Of a stretch of DNA of 64,000 nt, positions 11,202 through 24,023 are shown piece after piece. Each line of letters starts with the position of its first letter. The first letter of the stretch is position 1. This DNA is from an uncultured delta proteobacterium (lineage in GTDB: Bacteria; Myxococcota_A; Polyangia; Fen-1088): the NCBI GenBank assembly GCA_963767925.1, contig CAVYGB010000002.1:256001-320000 (forward strand). Reading direction: 5' to 3'. The position numbers and the translations under genes are program-made. Below the pieces are notes generated by a model. The model was not told the DNA's origin and made no database searches. It saw only the letters and a list, made by a program, of their open reading frames with translations.

Positions 11202-12401
11202 ATGAGTCGATCCGACGACCTCGTCGCGCTGGGAAACCGATTGCTCCTGTCGAACTACGGGCGCTCGCCGGTGGTCATGAGCCGCGGCAGCGGCTGTCAG
11301 CTCTGGGACGTCGAGGGCAGACGTTACCTCGACATGACAGCGGGCGTTGCCGTATGCGTGCTGGGACATGGCGACCCCGGCCTGGCGCAGGCGCTCTACA
11401 ACCAGGCCTCGACGCTGCACCACACGAGCAACCTCTACTTCATAGAGATGCAGATCAAGCTGGCCGAAGCGCTGGCGCGACGCGGGTTCCCCGGCCGCCT
11501 CTTCTTCTGCAACTCCGGCACGGAGGCCAACGAGGCCGCGCTCAAGCTCGCCCGCCGCTACCAGGTCGTCACCAGGGGGCAGCCCGAGCGCACCGAGCTG
11601 ATCGCCTTCGAGGGGAGCTTTCACGGCCGCACCATGGGCGCGCTCTCGGTCACCGGACAGGCGCGTCACCGCCAGGGCTTCGGACCGCTGGTGCCGGGCG
11701 TGCGCTTTCTGCCCTTCGGCGACGTCGAGGCGCTGCGGGCGGCGATCACCGACCAGACCTGCGCGGTGATCACCGAGCCGATCCAGGCCGAGGGCGGCAT
11801 CAACCTGCCCCCGCCCGGTTACCTGCAGGAAATGCGGCGCCTGTGCAGCGAGCGGGGCGCGGTCCTCATCTTCGACGAGATCCAGACCGGCGTCGGCCGC
11901 ACCGGGACCTTCTACGCCTACGAGAAGGAGGGCGCCGTGCCCGACATCCTCACCCTCGCCAAGGGCCTGGCGGCCGGCGTCCCGATGGGGGCCATGATGG
12001 CCAACGACGAGGTGGGGCGCGGCTTCGAGCCGGGCACCCACGCCTCGACCTTCGGCGGCAACCCGCTGGCCTCCGCCGCCGCCCTCTACGTGCAGACCGC
12101 TCTCGACGAGCGGCGCCTGCTGGCCAGCTGCCAGAACGCGGGCGCCCACCTCAGCTCGGCCCTGCTGCGGCTGTGTGAGCGGCGGCGGCCCCGGACCCGG
12201 GCCGTGCGCGGCCGCGGCCTCTTGCAGGGCCTGGTCGTCGACGGAGAGGCGGCGCCCATCGTGGCCAGGGCGCGCGAGCGGGGGTTGCTGCTGTCGCTGG
12301 CGAGCAGCCAGGTGGTGCGCTTCGCCCCCCCGCTCATCGTGGACAAGGCGCAGCTCGACGAGGCGGTCGAGCTGCTGGACGCGGTCCTGGGCGAGGTCTA
12401 G
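11202..12401 (+). CDS. argD: Acetylornithine aminotransferase
   Basis: NSGTEANE, SFHGRT, EPIQAEGG, FDEIQTGVGRTG and LAKGL motifs; adjacent to argF. Confidence 0.93.
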   Translation: MSRSDDLVALGNRLLLSNYGRSPVVMSRGSGCQLWDVEGRRYLDMTAGVAVCVLGHGDPGLAQALYNQASTLHHTSNLYFIEMQIKLAEALARRGFPGRLFFCNSGTEANEAALKLARRYQVVTRGQPERTELIAFEGSFHGRTMGALSVTGQARHRQGFGPLVPGVRFLPFGDVEALRAAITDQTCAVITEPIQAEGGINLPPPGYLQEMRRLCSERGAVLIFDEIQTGVGRTGTFYAYEKEGAVPDILTLAKGLAAGVPMGAMMANDEVGRGFEPGTHASTFGGNPLASAAALYVQTALDERRLLASCQNAGAHLSSALLRLCERRRPRTRAVRGRGLLQGLVVDGEAAPIVARARERGLLLSLASSQVVRFAPPLIVDKAQLDEAVELLDAVLGEV

Positions 12402-12405
12402 GCCG

Positions 12406-13371
12406 GTGGCGGGCAAGAGAGACTTTCTCAGCCTCCGGGACGTCTCGGAGCTGGAGGTGGCGGCGCTGGTCCGGCGAGCCGAGGAGCTGCGCTTTTTGCG
12501 CTCGATGCGGGAGGCCCACGCCAGCCGCCCCGGCCGCGTGCTGGGGATGATCTTCGACAAGGCCTCGACCCGGACGCGGGTCAGCTTCGAGGTGGGGATC
12601 TACGAGCTCGGGGGCTACGGGGTCGTGCTGGGCCGGGGCGACTCGCAGCACGGCCGGGGCGAGCCGCTCAAGGACACCGCCCGGGTCATGAGCGGCTATT
12701 GCCACGGGATCATGCTGCGCACCTTCGGCCAGGACCGGGTCGAGGAGCTGGCCCGCTACGCGAGCGTGCCGGTGATCAACGGCCTCACCGATCTGCTCCA
12801 CCCCTGCCAGATCCTCGCCGACCTGGAGACGGTGTACGCGGTCTTCTCCAGCCGCTCGGCCCGGGCCAGCACCGCCGGCGCGCCCGACGTGCTCGAGGTG
12901 CTGCGCCAGGTGCGCTACGCCTGGATCGGCGACGGCAACAACATGGCCAACTCCTGGATGGAGGCGGCGGCCCTGCTCGACCTCGATCTCACCGTCGCCT
13001 GTCCGACCGGCTTCGATCCCGACCCGGACATCTTGCAGCGGTCGCGCGCCGCCGGGCGCGGGCGCATCCAGGTGCTGCGCGATCCGCGCGAGGCGGTGGC
13101 GGGCCGGCAGGTGATCTCGACCGACGTGTTCGCCTCGATGGGGCAGGAGGCCGAGGCCGAGACGCGCCGGCGGGCCTTCGCCGGCTATTGCGTCGACGGC
13201 CCCTTGCTGGCGGCGGCCCACAAGGACGCCATCGTCCTGCACTGCCTGCCCGCCCACCGGGGCGAGGAGATCTCCGACGAGGTGATCGAGGGGCCGCAGA
13301 GCCAGGTCTGGCTCCAGGCCGAGAACCGCCTGCACGCGCAGAAGGCGCTGCTGGAGTGGATCCTGCATTAG
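12406..13371 (+). CDS. argF: Ornithine carbamoyltransferase
   Basis: STRTR, HPCQ, GDGNN, SMGQE, HCLP and QAENRLH motifs; GTG start at 12406. Confidence 0.95.
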   Translation: MAGKRDFLSLRDVSELEVAALVRRAEELRFLRSMREAHASRPGRVLGMIFDKASTRTRVSFEVGIYELGGYGVVLGRGDSQHGRGEPLKDTARVMSGYCHGIMLRTFGQDRVEELARYASVPVINGLTDLLHPCQILADLETVYAVFSSRSARASTAGAPDVLEVLRQVRYAWIGDGNNMANSWMEAAALLDLDLTVACPTGFDPDPDILQRSRAAGRGRIQVLRDPREAVAGRQVISTDVFASMGQEAEAETRRRAFAGYCVDGPLLAAAHKDAIVLHCLPAHRGEEISDEVIEGPQSQVWLQAENRLHAQKALLEWILH

Positions 13372-13383
13372 CTCGGGTGACCG

Positions 13384-14331
13384 GTGGCTGATTCGATCGA
13401 AGGACTGGGGTCGATGAACGAGCGGCCGCTGCTCAACCGCGCGGCCAACCTGTCGCAGGCCCGCCTGACGCCGGTGGAGGCGTTCGTGCTCTCGCGGGTG
13501 GACGGCCAGACCAGCTACGACGAGATCTGCGAGATCACGGGGCTCGACCACGCGACCACCGTGCAGATCCTCCAGAAGCTCCGGCGCGACAAGCTGCTCC
13601 TGCACGCCGGGGAGAAGCCCGAGCCCCCGCCCGCCCCGCCGCCGCCACCCGCGCCGCCCCCGCGCGCGCCCGACACCATCTCCTCGTCCCGGTCCTCCCC
13701 GACCCCCCCGGCCTCGTCGATCCCGACGCCGCTGTGGACGGCGGTGCCCGAGGAGCTCATGTCCGCCCCGGCCTCGGGGTCGATCGCCACGCCCCGCTGG
13801 ACGGTGATCCCGCCCGCCGCCGCGCGGCCCACGCCGCCCTCGTCGCCCGCGGTGCCGGCTGCGCCCGATCCGCCGCCGCCGCCGGAGCCCGCCCCGCCCG
13901 CGCACAACACGCCGCCTTCGCCCAAGGCCAGCGCGGTGGTCAAGGCGATGGCCCGCTCCACCGTGCGGGGCTTCGACCGGGCCAAGTCGCGCGCCGGCGA
14001 GGGCGCGCCGACCAACACCACCTCGCTGCTCGAGGTGCACGACGACGGTTCGCCGGTGAACCCGGCCGACCTCGCCCTCGGTCCCGAGCTCGACGGGGAG
14101 CTCAAGGCCCGCATCTTGCGCCTACATCGGCGTCTCAAGGCGCTCAAGCCCCACGAGCTGCTCGCGGTGCCGCCAAACGCCGACGTGGCGGTGGTCAAGC
14201 GCGCCTACTTCGCCGCCTCCAAGGAGATCCATCCCGATCGTTTCTACGGGAAGGACATCGGCCCCTATCGGGGCTACCTCAGCGACATCTTCGCCCAGCT
14301 CACCCGCGCGTTCGATCAGCTCAAGAAGTGA
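13384..14331 (+). CDS. J-domain protein with N-terminal helical domain and Pro-rich linker
   Basis: C-terminal VKRAYFAASKEIHPDRF (HPD motif). Confidence 0.85.
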   Translation: MADSIEGLGSMNERPLLNRAANLSQARLTPVEAFVLSRVDGQTSYDEICEITGLDHATTVQILQKLRRDKLLLHAGEKPEPPPAPPPPPAPPPRAPDTISSSRSSPTPPASSIPTPLWTAVPEELMSAPASGSIATPRWTVIPPAAARPTPPSSPAVPAAPDPPPPPEPAPPAHNTPPSPKASAVVKAMARSTVRGFDRAKSRAGEGAPTNTTSLLEVHDDGSPVNPADLALGPELDGELKARILRLHRRLKALKPHELLAVPPNADVAVVKRAYFAASKEIHPDRFYGKDIGPYRGYLSDIFAQLTRAFDQLKK

Positions 14332-14363
14332 GCGCGTGCGCGCGCGCCGTCGGCACACGCCTG

Positions 14364-14412
14364 CTGCAAACAGGCCTGCAAACACGGCCTGCAAACACGG
14401 CCTGCAAACACG
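14364..14412. repeat. 13-bp tandem repeat (CTGCAAACACGGC), about 4 copies
   Basis: Direct reading of the sequence. Confidence 0.8.
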
Positions 14413-14580
14413 ACAACGCCGGAGCGCACCCGTCAGGGGGGGCCAGGGTGAGCTTTGCTGGCTTGACGGCTCCCGGGCAAATGGGCACAAAATGAAGCGA
14501 GGCTCAGCGTGGCCTGGCCGCGCAAAGCCCCTTCATGGTGTGCGGACCTTACCGGAGCGACCGCACCCTTTCAGGAAGCG

Positions 14581-15021
14581 ATGGCGATGGGCACTCGAAA
14601 GACGATCTCTCGACAGCCTCGGGCCGCGACCGTGGTGGGCCCCGCGCGGGCCATCCTGCGCGGCGACCTCGACAAGATCGGCCTGCCGACCTTGCTCACC
14701 ATCGTGGAGATGGAGCGGAGGTCAGGCATCTTCGTGCTCTCGCGCGGCCGCCAGCTCGGCCGCCTGCACGTGCGCGATGGTCGCATCATCCGGGCCAACA
14801 TCGATGGCACGTGCCGGCTGAGTGGCGAGGAGGCCGTCTACCAGATGCTGACCTGGGAAGACGGACGGTTCGAGCTCTGGATGGCCGCCGTACAGGGACG
14901 CGACGAGATCGGCCAGTGCACGGCCTTCCTCTTGATGGAAGGCATGCGCCGGATCGACGAGGCGGCAGCCCAGCAGGGCCGCCGCGGGGTCCCGGCGAAC
15001 GACATCATCTTCGCCTTCTGA
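14581..15021 (+). CDS. DUF4388 (PATAN-like) domain protein
   Basis: LRGDL…LPTLL…ERRSG, GEEAVYQMLTWEDGRF and LLMEGMRRIDE motifs. Confidence 0.85.
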   Translation: MAMGTRKTISRQPRAATVVGPARAILRGDLDKIGLPTLLTIVEMERRSGIFVLSRGRQLGRLHVRDGRIIRANIDGTCRLSGEEAVYQMLTWEDGRFELWMAAVQGRDEIGQCTAFLLMEGMRRIDEAAAQQGRRGVPANDIIFAF

Positions 15022-15361
15022 TTCCTGGAGCGCGCGCGGCAGACGCTGGACAGGCGTGACGGCGCACAGGAAGGCGGGAGGCTCACTCGCTTCAGATCTC
15101 GACCACCCCAACCGTCCCACCTTCCCCGCTTCCCGATCTTCCAACCAGTCCACACTGTAGAGCTTCCCGCCCTCCTGTGCGCCGCCAGGCCTGTCCAGCG
15201 TCCCTGTCCAACGTCTGTCTGCCGTCCGCCGCTTTTGTCTGCTTCCTTCGTCGGCGGCACTGTATTTATTCGGCTGGAAAACCGATAAACTGGAGCATGT
15301 CCGGATTGCTCCAACTCGCCTCGAGACAACCCGCAGGGGGCCTCCGGGTCACGCGCGCGGC

Positions 15362-17206
<1,845 letters not shown>

Positions 17207-17326
17207 GCGCCGGGCCCGGGCGTGGTCCTTTGACCCGACGCGGGTTGCCCCGGGCGGGCGCTGCGGTGTCGCAAGGCGCGACATGTGGCGGAACAAAGCG
17301 CGGGGGTGCCCGTGGTAAAGGGGGAC

Positions 17327-18988
17327 ATGATCCCCGGGCGGTTGACGATCCTCTCGCTGGCCCTGGTGGCGCTGGTCAGCCCGGTCCGGGCGGCGCCGGC
17401 GGCCCGCACGGGCGCTGACCGCCCCTACCGCGATCACCGCCTGGTCACGGCTCAGCCCCGCAGCGACGCCGACGTGGAGGCGATCTGGCGGCTGGCGGAG
17501 AACGTGCTGGAGCCGCACGATCCCGCCCGCGCCCCCCACCGGATCGTCGTCACCCCGGCGACGGTGCGGCGGCTGCGCGCCCTGCGCATCCCCCTGCGAG
17601 TCGAGCCCGACGACGTCGCCGGCTGGATCGCGGCCCAGGAGCGAGCCGCCCGGCGGCCGCCCGGCACGGCGGCCGACGTGGGGCTGGGGATCTTCGGCGA
17701 CTTCTTCGGCGAGGTGCAGGAGCTGGCGGCCATCGAGGCGGAGCTCGACCGGCTCGCCGCCGCCTCGAGCGGGCGAGCCCGGGTGGTGGTGCTGGGCAAG
17801 TCGTTCGAGGGGCGCGACATCAAGGCGATGCGCATCTCCAGCGCGCCCGAGCCGTCGGGGCGGGCGAGCATCGTCGTGGTGGGGACCCAGCACGCGCGCG
17901 AGTGGGCCTCGCCGATGGTGACCATGGGGCTGATCGACGCCCTGGTCCGCCGCTACGGCGTCGACCCCCTGGTCACGCGGGTCGTCGACAACCTCGAGGT
18001 GTACATCAACCCGGTCAACAACCCCGACGGCTACCTGGCGACCTTCAACGGGCGGCGCCTGCAGCGCAAGAACCTCAACAGCACCTGCAACGTCGACCTC
18101 AACCGCAACTACGCGACCGCCTGGGGCGCCGGCACCGCGGGGGCGGGCTGCAACTCCGGCATCTACCCGGGGCAAGGGGCCTTCTCCGAGCCGGAGAGCC
18201 AGGCCATCGGGAACCTGATCGCCACGCTGGCCCACCCCGCCCTGTTCTACGACTACCACTCGACGGCGGCCCAGGTGATGATCCCCCACGCCTACACCAC
18301 GGCGATGCCGCCCGGGTACGCGAAGAACCGGGCCCTGTGCGAGCTGTATTCCAGCGCGCTCCGGGCGGTGCACGGCACCAGCTATCCGGCCCGACCGGGG
18401 TTCAACCTCGGGCGCGGGCAAGGCGGCGGGGCCTTCGACTGGTTCCGGGCGACGCGGGCCGACGCCATCGTCGTCGAGCTGGGCGGCGGCGCCGGCTTCA
18501 GCATCGCCGACGATCAGATCATCCCCTTCGCCGAGGAGAACCTGGCGGCCTGGCTGGCGGTGGCCCAGAAGGTCGTCGACGAGCACCCCGCCGACCGCGC
18601 GCCTCCCGCGACCGACGCCGGGGCCCCCGCGCCCGACGCCGCCGCTCCGGTGATCGACGCCGCTCCGCCCGCGCCCGACGCCGCGGCCCCGGACATGATG
18701 GCGGCGGCGCTCCCCGGCGCAGTCCCACCTTCTGGCCCGGCGCCCACCGGTCCCCCGCCGGCTGGGCCCGCCCCCACGGCACCCCCTGCACCGGGCCTGC
18801 CCCCTCCCCTGCCCCCGGCCGGCAGACCCGGCCACGGCCTGGCCGCGCCCGACGACCCCACCGCCGAGGAGATCGTGGCCGGCTGCCAGTGCGCGCTCGA
18901 GGGCGCCCCGCGCCGCCTGCCCACCCCGCTCGCCACCGCCGCCGCCCTGCTGCTGGCCCTCGCCCTGCGCCGCCGCCGCCGGTCCTAG
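17327..18988 (+). CDS. Secreted M14 zinc carboxypeptidase with MYXO-CTERM-like sorting tail
   Basis: HAREW, NPDG, RKN, DLNRN, FSEPE and DYHS motifs; tail GCQC…LLLALALRRRRRS. Confidence 0.88.
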   Translation: MIPGRLTILSLALVALVSPVRAAPAARTGADRPYRDHRLVTAQPRSDADVEAIWRLAENVLEPHDPARAPHRIVVTPATVRRLRALRIPLRVEPDDVAGWIAAQERAARRPPGTAADVGLGIFGDFFGEVQELAAIEAELDRLAAASSGRARVVVLGKSFEGRDIKAMRISSAPEPSGRASIVVVGTQHAREWASPMVTMGLIDALVRRYGVDPLVTRVVDNLEVYINPVNNPDGYLATFNGRRLQRKNLNSTCNVDLNRNYATAWGAGTAGAGCNSGIYPGQGAFSEPESQAIGNLIATLAHPALFYDYHSTAAQVMIPHAYTTAMPPGYAKNRALCELYSSALRAVHGTSYPARPGFNLGRGQGGGAFDWFRATRADAIVVELGGGAGFSIADDQIIPFAEENLAAWLAVAQKVVDEHPADRAPPATDAGAPAPDAAAPVIDAAPPAPDAAAPDMMAAALPGAVPPSGPAPTGPPPAGPAPTAPPAPGLPPPLPPAGRPGHGLAAPDDPTAEEIVAGCQCALEGAPRRLPTPLATAAALLLALALRRRRRS

Positions 18989-19007
18989 AGCCGGACCGGC
19001 GCGCGCG

Positions 19008-21872
19008 CTACAGGCCGGGGGCCTTGATCGGGGCGCCGTCGACGTCGCGGGTCTCGACGGGCTTGCGGGTGGGCTCGAGCTGGGGGGCGATCTTGGCCTT
19101 GTCGCCCACTGCCACCACCACGAGCTTGTCGGGCAGCACGTAGCGGCGGGCGAGGCGGTGGGCGGCGGCGGCGTCGACGCCGGCCAGCTTGCGCGGCAAG
19201 CTGGCGTAGTAGCCGAGGCCCTGCCCGCGCGACCAGGCCGAGGCCAGGCTGCTGGCGATGACGGCGTTGGTGTCGAACATGCCCGGCAGCGACAGGAGCT
19301 GCGAGTTGCGCGCGTCCTGCAGCTCGGGCCCGGGGACCGGCTGCTTGCGCAGGCCCTCGATCTCCCCGAACAGGTCGATCAGCGCGGGCCCGGTGACGTC
19401 GGTGCGCACGCTGCCCCGGATGGCGAACAGCCCCAGCTCGCGGCCGGGCACGAAGTCCGAGTAGACCCCGTAGCTGTAGCCCTTGACCTCGCGCAAGGTG
19501 TGGTTGATCCGGCTGGTGAAGTTGCCGCCCAGGATGGCGTTCATCACCGCCAGGCGGGGTAGATCCGGGTCGCTGGCCCGCGGGCCGAAGGAGGCCACGA
19601 ACAGCGCCGTCTGGGCCGCCCCCGGCTTGTCGACCAGCACCAGCCGGGCGGGCGTGGGCGCGGGGCGGGGCAGCGCCACCTTGCCCGCGGGGGCCTGGGC
19701 CTTCCAGCCGCCCAGGCGGGCCAGCACGACCTGCTTGAGCTCGTCGAAGGCCACGTCCCCCGCCACGACCAGCGCCGTGCGGTCGGGGCGGTAGTGCGCC
19801 TTCCAGAACCCGACCAGGTCGTCGGCGGTGGTGGCCTTTATCGCCGCCTCGCTGCCGAGCGGGCTCTTGCCGAGGGGGTGCTCCGGTCCGAACAGGGCCG
19901 CCGCCGCCACCACGCTGGCGGTGGCGTCGGGGTCCTCGTGTTGCTGCAGCAGCGCCGCCAGCCGGTTCTTCTGCTGCCGCTCGATCTCGCCGGGCGCGAA
20001 GGCCGGGGCGAGCAGCACGTCCGCCACGATCTCGAGGGCCGCCGGGAAGCGCGCCGACAGCGACGTCATCGACAGGCGCGTGTCGTCGGAGGTGGCGCGC
20101 ACGTCGAAGGAGGCCCCCAGGCTGGCGATGTCGTCGGCGAGCTGCAGGGCCGAGCGGGTGCGCGTCCCCTCCTGCAACATGGCGGCGGTGAAGCCAGCCA
20201 GCCCCGGGCGGTCGGGCGGGTTGGCGTCGGCGCCCGCCTTGACCACCAGGGTGGCGCTGACCACCGGGACGCCCGGGTTGGCCACGTGGACCACGGTCAG
20301 GCCGCTCGGCAGGCGGAAGGACTTGCCCGCCGGCAGGGCCAGGGGCGTGGCGGGCGCGGGGCTCGGGCGCTCCTTGCGCCAGGGCTCGTCGGCGTTGACC
20401 CCCTCGCGCTCGGATTTGTCGGACGCCTTGGGCGCCGGGGGGGTCGGCACCTCGGCGGCGAGGACCTGCTTGCCCGGCTTGGCCACCACCACCACCCGGG
20501 CCTGCTTCCTGAGATGGGTGGCGATCTCCCGGCTGATGTCGGCCGGCTTGACCGCCCGGTAGCGGAGGACGTCCTTGCCGAGGAAGCCGGGATCGCCGGC
20601 CACCTCGTTGTAGGAGTTGAGCTGGTCGGCCACCCCCATGACCTTCTCGAGGTTGCGGTAGAGGCGGGTCTCGAAGGTGTTGCGGGCCCGCTCGACCTCG
20701 TCGGCGCTGGGGGGCGTGGCCGCCAGCCGGGTGAGCTCGTCGTCGATGGCCTTCTCCAGCTCGGCGGCGGTGTGGCCCGGCCGGGCGGTGGCGTCGATGC
20801 TGAACACCGAGCCGAGGGTCAGCGAATACTGGGAGGCGTTCACGTCCTGGGCGATCTGCTTGTCGTAGACCAGGGCCTTGTACAGGCGGCTCGATTTTCC
20901 CCCGGCCAGGATGTGCGAGGCCAGGTCCAGCTCGGCGTCACCGGGTTTCAGCACGGCGGGGCTGTGCCAGGCCAGGTAGACCCGGGGCAGCTCCACCCGG
21001 TCGGTGACCTCCACCCGGCGCTCGGCGGTGATGCGGGGCTGGGCCACCTTGACCGCGGGCGGCCGCTCGCCCGCCTTCAGGGTGCCGAAGTACTTCTCGA
21101 TGAGGGTCTTGACCCGGGCCTTGTCGAAGTCGCCGGCCAGGGCCAGGGTGGCGTTGTTGGGGCGGTAGTAGGTCTTGAAGAAGGCCTTCACGTCCTTCAA
21201 CGTCGCCGCCTGGATGTCGGCGTGCGAGCCGATCACGACCGCGTAGTGAGGGTGATCTTTGGGGTAGAGCGTGTGGTAGAGCGCCTCGGTGGCGATGCCG
21301 TAGGGCTCGTTCTCCACCCGCTGCCGGCGCTCGTTGCGGACCACGTCCTGCTGGTTGGCCAGGGAGACCTGATCGATCTCGTCGATCATGTAGCCCATCA
21401 TGTCGGCCTTCATCCAGAGCCCCAGCTCGAGCTGGTTGGCGGGCAAGGTGAAGAAGTAGCGGGTGCGATCGAAGTCGGTGGTGCCGTTGTAGTCGGTGCC
21501 GCCCACCCCCTCGACGATCTTGTCGGCCACCCCCCGGGCCAGGTGTTTGGTCCCGGCGAACATGAGGTGCTCGAACAGGTGGGCGAAGCCGGTGCGGCCC
21601 GCCACCTCGTTGCGGGCGCCCACGTGAAACCAGACGTTGAAGGCCACCAGCGGCAGGCGGTGGTCCTCGGCCAGGATCACCTCCAGCCCGTTTGGCAGGG
21701 TGTACTTCTCGAAGGCGATGTTCGGCAGCCCGCCCTCCGCGGTGACCGCCCGGATGGCCGCCCGGGGATCGGCGGCCGGCGCGGCCGCGCTGGGCCGGGA
21801 GAAGGCGGCGGCGAGGACGAAGGCGGCGGCGGCCGCCAGGGCGAAGGCAGCGACGACGGGAAGAGCACGCAT
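19008..21872 (-). CDS. M16 (pitrilysin-family) zinc protease
   Basis: Signal peptide, GFAHLFEHLMF (HxxEH), second half with LREVKGYSYG. Confidence 0.92.
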   Translation of the reverse strand: MRALPVVAAFALAAAAAFVLAAAFSRPSAAAPAADPRAAIRAVTAEGGLPNIAFEKYTLPNGLEVILAEDHRLPLVAFNVWFHVGARNEVAGRTGFAHLFEHLMFAGTKHLARGVADKIVEGVGGTDYNGTTDFDRTRYFFTLPANQLELGLWMKADMMGYMIDEIDQVSLANQQDVVRNERRQRVENEPYGIATEALYHTLYPKDHPHYAVVIGSHADIQAATLKDVKAFFKTYYRPNNATLALAGDFDKARVKTLIEKYFGTLKAGERPPAVKVAQPRITAERRVEVTDRVELPRVYLAWHSPAVLKPGDAELDLASHILAGGKSSRLYKALVYDKQIAQDVNASQYSLTLGSVFSIDATARPGHTAAELEKAIDDELTRLAATPPSADEVERARNTFETRLYRNLEKVMGVADQLNSYNEVAGDPGFLGKDVLRYRAVKPADISREIATHLRKQARVVVVAKPGKQVLAAEVPTPPAPKASDKSEREGVNADEPWRKERPSPAPATPLALPAGKSFRLPSGLTVVHVANPGVPVVSATLVVKAGADANPPDRPGLAGFTAAMLQEGTRTRSALQLADDIASLGASFDVRATSDDTRLSMTSLSARFPAALEIVADVLLAPAFAPGEIERQQKNRLAALLQQHEDPDATASVVAAAALFGPEHPLGKSPLGSEAAIKATTADDLVGFWKAHYRPDRTALVVAGDVAFDELKQVVLARLGGWKAQAPAGKVALPRPAPTPARLVLVDKPGAAQTALFVASFGPRASDPDLPRLAVMNAILGGNFTSRINHTLREVKGYSYGVYSDFVPGRELGLFAIRGSVRTDVTGPALIDLFGEIEGLRKQPVPGPELQDARNSQLLSLPGMFDTNAVIASSLASAWSRGQGLGYYASLPRKLAGVDAAAAHRLARRYVLPDKLVVVAVGDKAKIAPQLEPTRKPVETRDVDGAPIKAPGL

Positions 21873-21969
21873 GCGGCACCTCGAGGTGGTCTGGAGCAGC
21901 GGCGCGAAATCTACCGTGCCGCCCCCGGCGTTGCCATCGCCGCGGGCGGGCGCGGTGTGGGCGGCCATC

Positions 21970-23175
21970 TCACCCGCGGCGGCCGCGCAGCCCCAGCGCG
22001 ATCAGCGTGACGAGCAGGCCCACCGGGAGGAAGACCGGCAGGTAGCCCGCCCGCTCGGCCAGCACGCCGAGGGCAGCCACCGAGACCATGCCGGCGTTGT
22101 AGGCGGCGTTCACCCGGGCCAGCGCCCCGTCGCGGGCGACCCCGCGTGTGGCCTGCAGCACCACCGCGAGGAAGGCTGGCCAGAACAGCCCGTGGGCCAG
22201 GCCGAAGAGCCCGCCGTGCAGGGCGAGCGTCGCCGGGGTCAGCAGGACCATCGCCGCGATCACCAGGCCGTAGCCGACGAAGCTGGCGAAGGCCACCCGT
22301 TGCGGGCCCAGGCGATCGATGAGGCGACCGAAGAGCAGCCGGCTGGCCACCGCCACCAGGGTGAAGCCGACCAGGAAGTCGCTGATGCGGTGGCTGCCGC
22401 GCGCGAGGGCGAGCGGCTGATGGAAGGTGAACATGGTGCCCGAGCCGATCCCCACCGCCGCCGCGAGCAGCAGCAGGTACAGGGAGACGCCGGCGCGGCC
22501 CGCGGCCGGCGCCGCTGGCGCATCCGGGGGGCGCGGGGCGGAGGGCGGCCGGATGCGAGTGGCCAGCCAGGCGCCGAGCGCCGCCACCGCCGCGGCGGCG
22601 GCGAACACCGGCGCGGGACCGAGCCGGGCGATGCCGAGCTCGGCCAGGACCGGGCTGAAGGCGTTGGTCAGAAGATTCGAGCTGCCGTGCAGGGCGATGG
22701 CCTGGCTGAGCCGCCCGGGAGGCGCCAGCGCCATGGCCAGCGATCCGCCGGAAGAGAACATGAAGGCCCAGCCGAGGCCCTGCAGCACCCGGCAGAAGAA
22801 GGCCAGCGGCCCCACCGAGGTGACAGCGGCGAAGCCGATCGCGCCGGCCGCCATGCACAGGGCGCCGATGGCCAGGGTGCGGACGTCTCCGAAGCGCGCC
22901 GACACGCGCGCCACCGGCCCGACCGCCACCACGTTGACCAGCGCGGCGGTGGCCATCACCCAGCCGACCTGCGCGGGCCCGGCATGCAGGTGCACCGCCA
23001 GGAACTTCGGCAAGATCAGGAAGGTCGAGTAGGCGAGCCCGAAGCAGCTCTGCGCCAGCAGCAGCGCGCGAAAGGCCGGGACGCTCAGCGGCGACAGCGA
23101 CGGCGCGGAGGGGGACGACGACGGCGAAGACGGGGGCGAAGCTGCGGTGGATTCGTTGCGGGCGGACGCGGTCAT
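21970..23175 (-). CDS. MFS transporter
   Basis: About 12 hydrophobic segments and GRLIDRLG motif. Confidence 0.85.
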   Translation of the reverse strand: MTASARNESTAASPPSSPSSSPSAPSLSPLSVPAFRALLLAQSCFGLAYSTFLILPKFLAVHLHAGPAQVGWVMATAALVNVVAVGPVARVSARFGDVRTLAIGALCMAAGAIGFAAVTSVGPLAFFCRVLQGLGWAFMFSSGGSLAMALAPPGRLSQAIALHGSSNLLTNAFSPVLAELGIARLGPAPVFAAAAAVAALGAWLATRIRPPSAPRPPDAPAAPAAGRAGVSLYLLLLAAAVGIGSGTMFTFHQPLALARGSHRISDFLVGFTLVAVASRLLFGRLIDRLGPQRVAFASFVGYGLVIAAMVLLTPATLALHGGLFGLAHGLFWPAFLAVVLQATRGVARDGALARVNAAYNAGMVSVAALGVLAERAGYLPVFLPVGLLVTLIALGLRGRRG

Positions 23176-23458
23176 GTGTGGAGCTCCCTGGCCCCTGGCC
23201 GCGTCATCGGGAGCTGGCATCGACCGAACCGGCGTCGGGCCCTCTTCCGTGTCGCGGAGAGGGCGGCGTTTCGGTGGTGGTTGTCGTTGCTACCGTTGTT
23301 ACCTTGCGCGCGCGCCCTCGTTGGATACCGACTTGCAATTGGACTGGCCCTTGGCCAGCCCGGCAAGTCGGATCTGCTCGAAGGAATACCAGCGCGACAT
23401 CTGCTTTTCACCTTGCGCCCGCGCCGGCGGGAGGGTCAAGGATGCTTTGGCGCCCGAT

Positions 23459-23833
23459 TCACCGGCGCGAGCGGGGCTTGTTCGACAGGATGGGGATGTC
23501 GTCCACGCTCTTGCCGAAATGGAAGCTGCGGCGGGTGAACACCGAGATGGCGGCGAGGCCCAGGCGGATCACGGGGTGGATCTGGGGGCCCACGATCCAC
23601 AGCTCGAGGAGCTGCTCGCGCCGCCGGACGAACCACTCCTGCCACATGCGCCGGGCCGCCGGCTCGTAGCCGGTCATCACCGTGAGGTCGCCGACGAAGA
23701 TGTAGCTCTCGATCGGATCCAGCAGCGCGTCGATGGCCACGATGGCCAGCTCGGCATCGGCCGCGCTCCAGCTCCCGGGTGGGGGCTTGACGAACAGCCC
23801 GCCGGTGGCCGTTTTCCAGACCTTGGCCTCCAT
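23459..23833 (-). CDS. Hypothetical protein (possibly STAS/SpoIIAA-like fold)
   Basis: Coding-like codon usage; DLTVMTGYEPAARRMWQEW motif. Confidence 0.6.
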   Translation of the reverse strand: MEAKVWKTATGGLFVKPPPGSWSAADAELAIVAIDALLDPIESYIFVGDLTVMTGYEPAARRMWQEWFVRRREQLLELWIVGPQIHPVIRLGLAAISVFTRRSFHFGKSVDDIPILSNKPRSRR

Positions 23834-24023
23834 GAAGACGCCCGCCGATCATCGGTGGTTCGCCGGCCCCGCTTGATGCCCGCGGGAGCCGCGACCTGGT
23901 GCGCGACTTTGCGCGATTGCCACGTCGCGCGCGTCTGCAAGGCCTTGACCTGAAGACCTGCCCACGTAAGAAGATGGCTTTCACGCGTCGCCCGGCGTCG
24001 GGGGCGCCGGAAGGAGTTGCACC

